From a virus: a stretch of DNA of 64,000 nucleotides. This document shows, one piece after another, positions 30,638 through 39,250 of this stretch. Under the pieces are notes generated by a model. That model was not told the DNA's origin, searched no databases, and saw nothing but the letters and a program-made list of their open reading frames with translations. The position numbers were made by a program, and so were the translations under genes. Numbering within the stretch: position 1 is the stretch's first letter; each line of letters begins with the position of its first letter. Where the stretch lies: IMG/VR virus record IMGVR_UViG_3300032246_003079; one strand, 5' to 3'.

Positions 30638-30779
30638 TTAATAATTGATTACAATACAAAGATACAAGTTTTTTTTATATCTCCAAATTTTTTTTAAAAA
30701 AAATATTAAAAAAAATCCCACCATAATTAAATACTAAGTTAATTGTATTATTTTTTTTTGGATGATATAGTTATTTACC
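30638..30779 (+). repeat. direct repeat B, copy 2 (contains TTTG-N19-TATCTTTG on the minus strand, 30657-30687)
   Basis: Near-identical to 29589-29728. Confidence 0.9.
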
Positions 30780-30812
30780 CCAACTCCAAGATATTTATAA
30801 TAAAATTATTAT

Positions 30813-31214
30813 ATGAATTGGGAATATATTTCAGGTTTTTTTGATGCCGATGGGCATATAACTTTAACCGCACCTAAAGGAAAGGAAAAAACTACACATG
30901 TTGGGTTTACTAATATAGATTTAAATTTACTTGAATCTATCAAATATTTTATTTTAAGTGAAATTGGAGTAAAAGGTGTTATATCCAAAAGAACAAGTAA
31001 AAAAGAACATCACTCAGACTGTTATAATTTAGTGTATAGATACGATTTAGCTTTAAAAGTGGCATCAAAAATTAATTCACATCATTATAAAAAAAAAGAA
31101 AAAATAAAATTAGTTTTAGAAAAATATAAATCTGTAACACCAAGAAATGGTAAATATACTGAAGATATGAAAAAAATGAGGGAGAATTTCGTTAATGAAT
31201 TTTTCTCCCTCTAG
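30813..31214 (+). mobile_element. free-standing single-motif LAGLIDADG homing endonuclease
   Basis: MNWEYISGFFDADGHI...VGFTNIDLNLLESIK. Its stop codon lies 1 nt from the tmRNA 3' end. Confidence 0.8.
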
Positions 31215-31215
31215 T

Positions 31216-31603
31216 TGGTGGACCTAGAGGGCTCCGACTCCCTCGTCCGGCTCGTCTTGTCTAAAAGACAACTACATGTTTAGGTTAATATTTTCTAATA
31301 TTCCAAAATAGTTGATTTGTTCTTCACCATCGTAAATCAACAACCAATGGTTACCATTCGATTTAGGGTTCAATAGTAATCCACCACAACTACGACTTCT
31401 GTTGCTAGGTTATATGTCTGCCGACCCCCCGTTTCCGTATCTTAATTAAGCTACAGTAACTTCTTGAGTTGAGATAAGTCCCAAAGTCTCAAGGTTGTTT
31501 AGCACATTGCCAGTTGTTTTTTGAATCAGTTTTTAACGAGATTAATTCAGTCCCGACATGCTTCTTTTATTCAACCAACGCCCGTCAATTCCGATATAGG
31601 CCC
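31216..31603 (-). ncRNA. ssrA: tmRNA (transfer-messenger RNA), 388 nt
   Basis: 5' GGGCCUA pairs with 3' UAGGUCC-ACCA, with a G3-U wobble (Ala identity). GGAAUUGAC D-loop-like segment. P2 pairings (GCAUGU/ACAUGU, AAAAGA/UCUUUU). T-stem GAGGG/CCCUC. Tag ORF at 31511-31446 after AACAACU. Confidence 0.9.
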
Positions 31604-31620
31604 ATATATCTTAAATGACT

Positions 31621-31648
31621 ATTTTCAAAGAACTATAAAACAAATATA
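31621..31648 (-). promoter_or_regulatory. tmRNA promoter -7 element TATATTTG (31641-31648) followed by boxA-like AGTTCTTTGAAAAT (31621-31634)
   Basis: Matches TAnnTTTG. The downstream sequence resembles rRNA-leader boxA. Confidence 0.5.
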
Positions 31649-31686
31649 ATACAAATATTTGTACTTCACAATATATTTATAAATAT

Positions 31687-32832
31687 ATGAAAAAAATTTC
31701 AAAAATTTTTGAAGAAGAGGAAGATGATGTTGAATTAACTGACTATCAAAAAATTCTTGCACTTAACAAAAAAAAGATTGACCCTTATTATACTGATTTT
31801 GATGGATGTGATGGAGAAGATTATTCAGACTTTTATGAAGTAGGTTATGATGGTATAACTTTTACTTTCCATAAAGGATTAGAAGACTATCTAAGATTCT
31901 TTTTCAAAGAAACTTTTGGTGATGAAGGTAGTGACGGTTGGTATGAAGCGGGATACTTAGATTCTATGCGTAGAGGTTCATGGGAATGGGATTATTGGGA
32001 TAGAGCAAGTGAAGATTGGGACGAAGGATATGTGTTAGACGGCTTAAAGGGCGAATCATTAAAAGTTTTATATAACATATTAAAAATATATCAACCAAAC
32101 TTATTAGATGAGTTTGATATTAAAGACGAACAAGTGTCTTGGAAAAATGGTAAAGATTCAAGTAAAATAAGTGATTTTATTGAATATGTAAGTAATAGAA
32201 CAAAAGATGATTTAATTGAAGCGTATGCATATGCAAGTGAAATGGCGACAGACGCAGCGGTACCTAAATATATTGATAATATATATTGTAATTGTTTATC
32301 TGTTGTTGGAATCGAAAACCAATCAAGTAATTGTTATTGGAAGTATTTTTTAAATTGGGGGGATGCAATTATGTTATTTGTAAGATATGGAACACCTGAC
32401 GATTGTTTGATGGATATATTATTTAAGGCAATAGAAAAAGAAGTTAGAACACACGTTACTGAATATTATGAAATTCAATATGCAACTTGGGATAATGAAG
32501 TTTTTTCAAACGAATTTAATAAAAGAAGTGTAAGAGCTTTGGAAGGACTAGAAGAAGAATTGGAAAGTATGATTGAAGAAGGTGGAGAAGAAAAAATAAA
32601 AAAATACTTTCAAATAATTAATATTATAAATGATAAAATTGGATTTAACACATTTAAACAAATACCAGGAGACTATGAAATTAGAATATTAAATGTTGAT
32701 AAAGATAGTTTGATGGTTAATTATGGTATACGTAAAAGAAATTCGTGGAATCCACTCAAAAAAGGTTCGGCACCGTTAAATTATATTTTAAATATGTTGA
32801 ATACCGAACCTTTAATACCTTATGTTGATTAA
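31687..32832 (+). CDS. acidic hypothetical protein
   Basis: 381 aa. TATTTAT at 31674-31680. Short leader MKKISKIFEE. Confidence 0.6.
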   Translation: MKKISKIFEEEEDDVELTDYQKILALNKKKIDPYYTDFDGCDGEDYSDFYEVGYDGITFTFHKGLEDYLRFFFKETFGDEGSDGWYEAGYLDSMRRGSWEWDYWDRASEDWDEGYVLDGLKGESLKVLYNILKIYQPNLLDEFDIKDEQVSWKNGKDSSKISDFIEYVSNRTKDDLIEAYAYASEMATDAAVPKYIDNIYCNCLSVVGIENQSSNCYWKYFLNWGDAIMLFVRYGTPDDCLMDILFKAIEKEVRTHVTEYYEIQYATWDNEVFSNEFNKRSVRALEGLEEELESMIEEGGEEKIKKYFQIINIINDKIGFNTFKQIPGDYEIRILNVDKDSLMVNYGIRKRNSWNPLKKGSAPLNYILNMLNTEPLIPYVD

Positions 32833-33890
32833 TATTTTTTAATTAATCTTTCTCTAATAATTTCATATAAATTTTCTAAATCCTCATCAGGGATAAACAT
32901 AAAACCATCATCATAAACATCGGTTAGTGTGATTCCGTCTTTTTCCTCATATACGTCAATAGTTTGTAAACGATGATGACTTTCTATTTCTTGTACTTCA
33001 AAAAAATCTAAATCATCATCAAACTCTTCAACAAATGAGTTCATAATGGTTGTAGGTGTATAAACTATTGGTTTATATTGATATTCATATTTTTTATGAC
33101 CCAACTCTTTAACCATGTTTTTTCCCGCTTCAATTGCGCATTTCACATCTTCAATCGAAATGAACTCTTGTGGTGAATGCATATTGTAATAACCACAAGA
33201 CATGTTGATGCAAGATACATCAATTTTTTTCTTTAACTGTGAAATATCAGTATAAGGGTGTGATTGAACTAACATTTCATTTCCAAAAGATTCGGTAATA
33301 ACTTTTGATGTTTTTGTAAAAAATTCACCATCCCTTTCAAATAAACGAACACCTGAGCAAATCTCGGTAATTAAATGGTTGCCAGGTGCGTCGTATTGTG
33401 TGATATAACCCACATCTTGTAAAAAATTTTCATCGCATTTTGATGAACCGTGACAACCCGTTTCTTCACTTACAAATAAACCAATTTTTACTTTGTCTAA
33501 TTGTTTAAGTAATTCTAAACAAATAAAAATGCCGCATTTGTCATCACCCCCAATACCTGTTGGTAAATCATTAACATCATACGCCTTCAATACATCAACA
33601 AGCGTATCGTCAAAATTTTTACCAAAAGTGTATGGTCGTTTTAATTTTTCTTCTTTAACAACAATCTTATCTATTTTGTTATGAACCGTATCGGTGTGAG
33701 CAATAAACATGGGATAAAATTCACCTTCTTCTAATATCCCCTTTGTTGCGTATATGTTCATCATATTGTCACGATAAAACGTAACACCATGAATTTTTTC
33801 CAACTCATCACAAATATATTCTACCATATCTTCTTCTTGATATGTTTTTGATGGTACTGAAAGGAGTTCTTTGAATTTTTGTAGGTTCAT
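32829..33890 (-). CDS. M28/M20/M42-clan zinc peptidase
   Basis: AHTDTVH, GGDDKCG, SEETG, QYDAPG and GYYNMH metal-binding motifs. Confidence 0.82.
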   Translation of the reverse strand: MNLQKFKELLSVPSKTYQEEDMVEYICDELEKIHGVTFYRDNMMNIYATKGILEEGEFYPMFIAHTDTVHNKIDKIVVKEEKLKRPYTFGKNFDDTLVDVLKAYDVNDLPTGIGGDDKCGIFICLELLKQLDKVKIGLFVSEETGCHGSSKCDENFLQDVGYITQYDAPGNHLITEICSGVRLFERDGEFFTKTSKVITESFGNEMLVQSHPYTDISQLKKKIDVSCINMSCGYYNMHSPQEFISIEDVKCAIEAGKNMVKELGHKKYEYQYKPIVYTPTTIMNSFVEEFDDDLDFFEVQEIESHHRLQTIDVYEEKDGITLTDVYDDGFMFIPDEDLENLYEIIRERLIKKY

Positions 33891-33904
33891 TATTTTGTTT
33901 TTTA

Positions 33905-33935
33905 CAAATGTACAAAAGTTTTCAACATTTGCAAA
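33905..33935 (-). promoter_or_regulatory. Bacteroidota promoter TTTG-N19-TACATTTG
   Basis: -33 at 33932-33935 and -7 at 33905-33912. Confidence 0.6.
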
Positions 33936-33936
33936 A

Positions 33937-35973
33937 TTATTTCTTTCGTTTTGTTGGTTTTTTTATTTTTACTTCTGTTTTATTATTTTTTTCATCATAC
34001 GACAGTAAGAATTTAGAGTTTTTTTCTGGTTTGTCTGAAAGTATTTTTTCCGTAATTGCATCATCTACCCACTTTTGAACCGTTCTTTTCAAAATACGGG
34101 CTCCAAATCTAGTATCTGTACCCACTTTAATTAAGTGATTTTTTAATGACTCATCAACTTCAACATTAAATTCAAGATTTGAAACTCTTGTATATAATTT
34201 TTCAAGTTCTAAATTCAAAATCTTCATTAAATCGTTGTCATTCAAGTCTTTGAAGTATACAATATCATCAAATCTGTTGATAAACTCAGGTGCAAACTTC
34301 TTAAAAAGTTCTTTTTCCAATAGAGATTTTATTTCTTCATCTTTAGTTTCTTCTTTATGTGATGTTGAGAACCCAACACCTGTACCAAATTGTTGAACCA
34401 CCTTTGTCCCTACATTTGATGTCATAAGAATAATACAATTTTTAAAGTTAATTTTTCTACCGTGACCATCCGTTAAAAACCCTTCATCTAACATTTGTAA
34501 AAATACATTAAAAATTTCTGGGTGAGCTTTTTCAATTTCATCCAATAAAATAACAGAATAAGGTTTGTTTTTAATTTTGTTCAAAAATGGCGAACCATCT
34601 TCATACCCAACATATCCTGGTGATGTCCCCGTTAATTTTGATGTTGCTATTTTATCTGAAAATTCACTCATATCCAATCTAATAAGTGCGTCTTCACTAT
34701 TAAACATATGTTTTGCCAACTGTTTTGCCAATTCAGTTTTACCAACACCTGAATTACCAATTAATAATCCGCTAAATATTGGTTTTTTTGGGTCATTTAA
34801 ACCGACTTTATTTCTTTGTATTGCTCTTGCAATTTTGGAAACTGCCTCATTTTGACCAATTACTCTTGTATTTAATACTTCATTTAATGATGCTAATTGA
34901 ATTGATTCGTCTGTTGTGATTTTATTAATAGGAATTTTTGTCATCAAAGAAGTAACATCATAAACAATTTCTTCTGTAACTTCTTTTCGGTAAAGGTCTC
35001 TGTTTTTTTCAAAATCTTCCTTTTCTTTTTGAAGTTCTGATAAAACTTTTCTTTCTCTATCTCTTAAATTTGCCGCCTCTTCATACTTTTGTTTATTAAT
35101 AACTTCTATTTTTTGTTCTTTTATTTCTTGAGCTTCTTTTTTTAATTTTTCAATAGATTCGGGTAATTTGATTTCCACCTGACTTCTTGCCCCAACCTCA
35201 TCAAGTATATCAAACGCCTTGTCGGGAAATTCTCTGTCGGTAATGTATCTATTGGCCAATTCAACACATAGTTTTAAAATATCTTCACTATATCTAACTT
35301 TATGGTGTTTTTCGTAACGGTCTTTGGATTGTTTTAGTATTTCTAAAGTTTCTTCTTTAGTTGATGGGTCTACAACAATTTTTTGAAACCTTCTTTCAAG
35401 TGCCCCATCTTTTTCAATATTTTTTCTATATTCTTCTAATGTGGTTGCCCCAATACATTGAATTTCTCCTCTTGACAATGCGGGTTTAAATATATTTGAC
35501 GCATCCATGGAACCTGATGCGTTTCCAGCACCAATCATAGTATGGATTTCATCTATAAAAATAATTATGTCAGGATTTGCATATAATTCTTCAATTATAA
35601 CTTTCATTCTTTCTTCAAACTGACCTCTATACTTTGTTCCTGCAACTACAGAGGTTAAATCTAAAGAAACAATTCTTTTATTAACTAAATTCTGAGGACA
35701 ATCCCCCTCAAATATTTTTTTGGCCAATCCTTCTACAATTGCGGTTTTTCCACAACCTGGTTCACCAATAATAATCGGGTTATTTTTTTTCCTTCTTGAT
35801 AGAATTTGTGCAATCCTATTAATTTCTTGTTCTCTTCCAATAATAGGGTCCAATTTACCCTCTTCTGCCGTTTTTATTAAATCTCTTGAAAAATTATCCA
35901 ACACTGGTGTTTTACCTGTGGTTTCAGTTTTTTTTCCTTTGTCTTTTTCGTTGTTGTCTGCTGATTCAATCAT
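33937..35973 (-). CDS. clpC: ClpC-like AAA+ ATPase lacking the N-terminal Clp repeat domain
   Basis: Two Walker A motifs (GEPGCGKT, GNSGVGKT), FIDEIH and LLDEIEKAH, a UVR-like middle domain (QKYEEAANLRD) and a VGF ClpP-docking loop. Confidence 0.88.
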   Translation of the reverse strand: MIESADNNEKDKGKKTETTGKTPVLDNFSRDLIKTAEEGKLDPIIGREQEINRIAQILSRRKKNNPIIIGEPGCGKTAIVEGLAKKIFEGDCPQNLVNKRIVSLDLTSVVAGTKYRGQFEERMKVIIEELYANPDIIIFIDEIHTMIGAGNASGSMDASNIFKPALSRGEIQCIGATTLEEYRKNIEKDGALERRFQKIVVDPSTKEETLEILKQSKDRYEKHHKVRYSEDILKLCVELANRYITDREFPDKAFDILDEVGARSQVEIKLPESIEKLKKEAQEIKEQKIEVINKQKYEEAANLRDRERKVLSELQKEKEDFEKNRDLYRKEVTEEIVYDVTSLMTKIPINKITTDESIQLASLNEVLNTRVIGQNEAVSKIARAIQRNKVGLNDPKKPIFSGLLIGNSGVGKTELAKQLAKHMFNSEDALIRLDMSEFSDKIATSKLTGTSPGYVGYEDGSPFLNKIKNKPYSVILLDEIEKAHPEIFNVFLQMLDEGFLTDGHGRKINFKNCIILMTSNVGTKVVQQFGTGVGFSTSHKEETKDEEIKSLLEKELFKKFAPEFINRFDDIVYFKDLNDNDLMKILNLELEKLYTRVSNLEFNVEVDESLKNHLIKVGTDTRFGARILKRTVQKWVDDAITEKILSDKPEKNSKFLLSYDEKNNKTEVKIKKPTKRKK

Positions 35974-36032
35974 ATTGTTTTTTTTAAAAAGTATAACTAA
36001 CTTTATAAATAATCAATTAAAAAATACATTTT

Positions 36033-36104
36033 TGACATTATGTCTTGACATATGTTGACGATACTGACATTTTGTCATACTTTTAATTGTGGCACAAATT
36101 TGTT
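36033..36104. promoter_or_regulatory. TGACA-N3-TGTCA operator-like repeats plus TGGCAC element in the clpC/dnaK divergent spacer
   Basis: Perfect palindrome at 36065-36077, imperfect copies at 36033-36045 and 36046-36057, TGGCACAAATTTG from 36090. Confidence 0.55.
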
Positions 36105-36152
36105 GAATAAAATAAACAAAAAAATAAACTATAAAAAAAATGTTAAACAAAA

Positions 36153-38009
36153 ATGGGAAAAATTATTGGTATAGACTTAGGAACAACTAATTCTTGTGTA
36201 GCAGTAATGGAAGGTCGTGAGCCGGTAGTAATTACAAACAGCGAAGGAAAAAGAACAACACCATCAGTTGTTGGATTTGTTAAAGACGGTGAAAGAAAAA
36301 TTGGAGACCCTGCAAAAAGACAGGCGGTAACAAATCCTGAAAAAACAATATACTCAATTAAAAGATTTATGGGTACAAGTTTTGAAGAAACAAAAAGTGA
36401 AATCAAAAAAGTACCTTACAAAGTTGTGAGTGAAAAAAATAATCCAAGAGTTCTTATTGACGATAAAAAATTTTCACCTCAAGAAATTTCAGCAACTATT
36501 TTACAAAAAATGAAACAAACCGCTGAAGACTACTTAGGTGAAAAAGTAACTGAGGCGGTCATCACCGTACCTGCATATTTTAATGACGCTCAAAGACAAG
36601 CAACAAAAGAAGCTGGTGAAATTGCAGGATTAACGGTTAGAAGAATTATAAACGAACCAACCGCAGCGGCATTAGCATATGGATTAGACAAAATGTCAAA
36701 AGAAATGAAAATTGTTGTTTTTGACTGTGGAGGTGGTACTCATGACGTTTCAATTTTGGAACTTGGTGACGGTGTATTTGAAGTTTTATCTACCGATGGA
36801 GATACTCATTTAGGAGGGGATGATTTTGACCAAGTTTTAATTGATTACATGGTTAGTGAATTTAAAAACGAAACAAGTATCGACATTACAAAAGACCCTA
36901 TGGCTATTCAAAGACTAAAAGAGTCTGCAGAAAAGGCTAAAATTGAGTTGTCATCTTCACCTTCAACTGATATTAATCTACCTTATCTCACTGCAGATTC
37001 AACAGGACCAAAACATTTAGTTTTAAAAATTACAAAATCTAAATTTGACCAATTAACTGAAGATTTAGTAAAACGCACTATTAATCCATGTGAATCTGCA
37101 CTTAAAAATGCCGGATTAAAACCTTCAGATATTGATGAAATTATTTTGGTTGGCGGTTCAACTAGAATCCCTGCAATTCAAGAGGCGGTTAAGAAATTTT
37201 TTGGTAAAGACCCGTCAAAAGGTGTAAACCCTGATGAGGTGGTTGCGTTAGGAGCAGCAATCCAAGGTGGTGTATTAGGTGGAGATGTGACAGATGTATT
37301 ATTATTGGACGTAACACCACTATCGTTGGGTATTGAAACTATGGGTGGTGTATTTACAAAACTTATTTCGGCAAACACAACAATCCCCACAAAAAAATCT
37401 GAAGTATTTTCAACAGCAGTAGACAACCAACCTTCCGTAGAAATTCATGTTTTACAAGGAGAAAGGTCTATGGCTAAAGACAATAAAACTATTGGAAAGT
37501 TCCATTTGGACGGACTACCACCATCAAGAAGAGGCGTTCCTCAAATTGAAGTTACTTTTGACATTGACGCTAACGGTATTATAAATGTATCGGCATTAGA
37601 CAAAGCAACTAATAAAACCCAATCAATTAGAATTGAGTCTTCGTCGGGATTATCAAAAGAAGAAATTGAAAAAATGAAAATGGATGCAGAACAAAATGCT
37701 GAAATTGACAAAAAATTAAAAGAGGATGCTGACACATTAAATTCAGCAGATTCTATGATTTTTCAAGTTTCAAAGTCTTTGGAAGATTTAAAAGATAAAA
37801 TTTCAGATAAAGATAAAGAAAATATCACTTCTAAAATTGAAAATCTAAAAACCGCATATAACGAAAAAAATATTGAAAATATTAAATCGTTAATGGATGA
37901 GGTAAATAACAAGTTTCAAAAAATAAGTCAAAATTTGTATAACCAAGCTTCAGAAAGTTCTGATAATGAAGAAGAAGTTACAAATGTAGATTTTGAAGAG
38001 GTAAAATAA
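36153..38009 (+). CDS. dnaK: molecular chaperone DnaK (Hsp70)
   Basis: [36 protein letters not shown]-terminus VDFEEVK as in Bacteroidota DnaK. Confidence 0.97.
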   Translation: MGKIIGIDLGTTNSCVAVMEGREPVVITNSEGKRTTPSVVGFVKDGERKIGDPAKRQAVTNPEKTIYSIKRFMGTSFEETKSEIKKVPYKVVSEKNNPRVLIDDKKFSPQEISATILQKMKQTAEDYLGEKVTEAVITVPAYFNDAQRQATKEAGEIAGLTVRRIINEPTAAALAYGLDKMSKEMKIVVFDCGGGTHDVSILELGDGVFEVLSTDGDTHLGGDDFDQVLIDYMVSEFKNETSIDITKDPMAIQRLKESAEKAKIELSSSPSTDINLPYLTADSTGPKHLVLKITKSKFDQLTEDLVKRTINPCESALKNAGLKPSDIDEIILVGGSTRIPAIQEAVKKFFGKDPSKGVNPDEVVALGAAIQGGVLGGDVTDVLLLDVTPLSLGIETMGGVFTKLISANTTIPTKKSEVFSTAVDNQPSVEIHVLQGERSMAKDNKTIGKFHLDGLPPSRRGVPQIEVTFDIDANGIINVSALDKATNKTQSIRIESSSGLSKEEIEKMKMDAEQNAEIDKKLKEDADTLNSADSMIFQVSKSLEDLKDKISDKDKENITSKIENLKTAYNEKNIENIKSLMDEVNNKFQKISQNLYNQASESSDNEEEVTNVDFEEVK

Positions 38010-38030
38010 TCCCCTAAGATTGTAAATTTT

Positions 38031-38055
38031 AAATCCACCTTCGGGTGGATTTTTT
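38031..38055 (+). terminator. intrinsic terminator (cUUCGg loop)
   Basis: aaatccacc-ttcg-ggtggattttt. Confidence 0.8.
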
Positions 38056-38112
38056 ATTTGTGTGTTTACTACTTTTATAATTTTTACTATTTTTTTCAAA
38101 AAAAATATTAAC

Positions 38113-38355
38113 ATGGCAATAACTAGAACAGACATAGAAGGAAACAAAATTATTTGTGAAATAACATCTTCTAATTTAAAAAGAAGTGAGTATGATATTG
38201 AAAATAAAACATTAAAAATAACTTTCAACAATGAAATGTTATATGAATATGAAGAAGTGCCCCATTCAATATATTCTCAATTTAGATTATCAGATTCTCA
38301 AGGAAGATATTTCAATCAAAACATAGCAAAAAAATTCAAATACAAAAAACTTTGA
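38113..38355 (+). CDS. KTSC-domain protein
   Basis: SSNLKRSEYD...LKITFNN..LYEYEEVP...SDSQGRYFNQNI. Start reassigned to ATG 38113. Confidence 0.8.
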   Translation: MAITRTDIEGNKIICEITSSNLKRSEYDIENKTLKITFNNEMLYEYEEVPHSIYSQFRLSDSQGRYFNQNIAKKFKYKKL

Positions 38356-38383
38356 AAATCATATTGATAATGTATTTATTAAT

Positions 38384-39157
38384 ATGAAGGAATTTAAAAA
38401 AGTTATAAATAGCTTTTATTTACAAGACAAACTTAATCCCGAAGTTTGGGAATTACCCAATGAAAAATATATGGGTGACAAAGACGCCCAATTCTATAAA
38501 TTAAAACCTGAAATTAGAAAAAAACTTTTACAAGTTGCTGACGTTTTTTTAAAAACAATCGACCAAGACATTTTTATTCAAGACATTATACTAATTGGTT
38601 CTTTAACTGGTTATAATTGGTCTGAGTTTTCTGACTTTGACGTTCATTTATTATATGATTTTAATGAGGCTGGTGAAAATAAAGAATTATATGAAGAACT
38701 TTTTCACTTAAAAAAAACATTGTTTAACGCATCTCACGACATTAGAATTAAAGGTTATGAAGTTGAGGTTTTTATTCAAGACTCTAACGAAAAAGAGAAA
38801 AGTATGGGGTCTTATTCTTTGGTTTCCGATACATGGATTAGAAAACCAAAAAAAGAAAATTTTGAAGTTGATGAGAAAAAAATTAAAGAAAAAGCCCAAC
38901 AATGGATGGATATAATAGATGGTGTTTTGGAAAACGCAGAAGATGAAGATTTAAAAGACGCCATTGACCTTGTTAAGAAATACAAAGAAAAGTTAAGAAA
39001 ATACAGAACTTGTGGATTAACAAAAGAAGGTGAGTATTCATATGAAAATTTGGTGTTTAAGTTTTTAAGAAGAACGGGATATATAAAAAAACTTGAAGAC
39101 TTCAAAAACAAGATTACTGATAAAAAATTATCATTAGAAAACTTAAATATTGAATAA
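38384..39157 (+). CDS. DNA polymerase beta-superfamily nucleotidyltransferase
   Basis: LIGSLTGYNWSEFSDFDVH (GS...DxD) and distal YEVEVF. TATTTAT 4 nt before ATG. Confidence 0.7.
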   Translation: MKEFKKVINSFYLQDKLNPEVWELPNEKYMGDKDAQFYKLKPEIRKKLLQVADVFLKTIDQDIFIQDIILIGSLTGYNWSEFSDFDVHLLYDFNEAGENKELYEELFHLKKTLFNASHDIRIKGYEVEVFIQDSNEKEKSMGSYSLVSDTWIRKPKKENFEVDEKKIKEKAQQWMDIIDGVLENAEDEDLKDAIDLVKKYKEKLRKYRTCGLTKEGEYSYENLVFKFLRRTGYIKKLEDFKNKITDKKLSLENLNIE

Positions 39158-39250
39158 TTAGTCAATTTATCTATTAACAATATATTTATTATTGAGTTAA
39201 ACTATCTTTTTGGATATTTATACTAAAATAACATATAAAGAAAAAACAAA

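Noticed and set aside
28323-30779. Cassette repeats as integron attC sites or DGR template/variable repeats
   Set aside because: GTTRTTTACC does not fit GTTRRRY and forms no attC hairpin. Differences between copies are not adenine-specific, and no integrase or reverse transcriptase is in the window.
33937-38009. Bacterial chromosomal origin of the contig suggested by dnaK, clpC, uvrC, ssrA and rpsU
   Set aside because: These genes are interleaved with T4-like head and baseplate genes, are divergent or truncated relative to cellular forms, and lack normal chromosomal neighbours.
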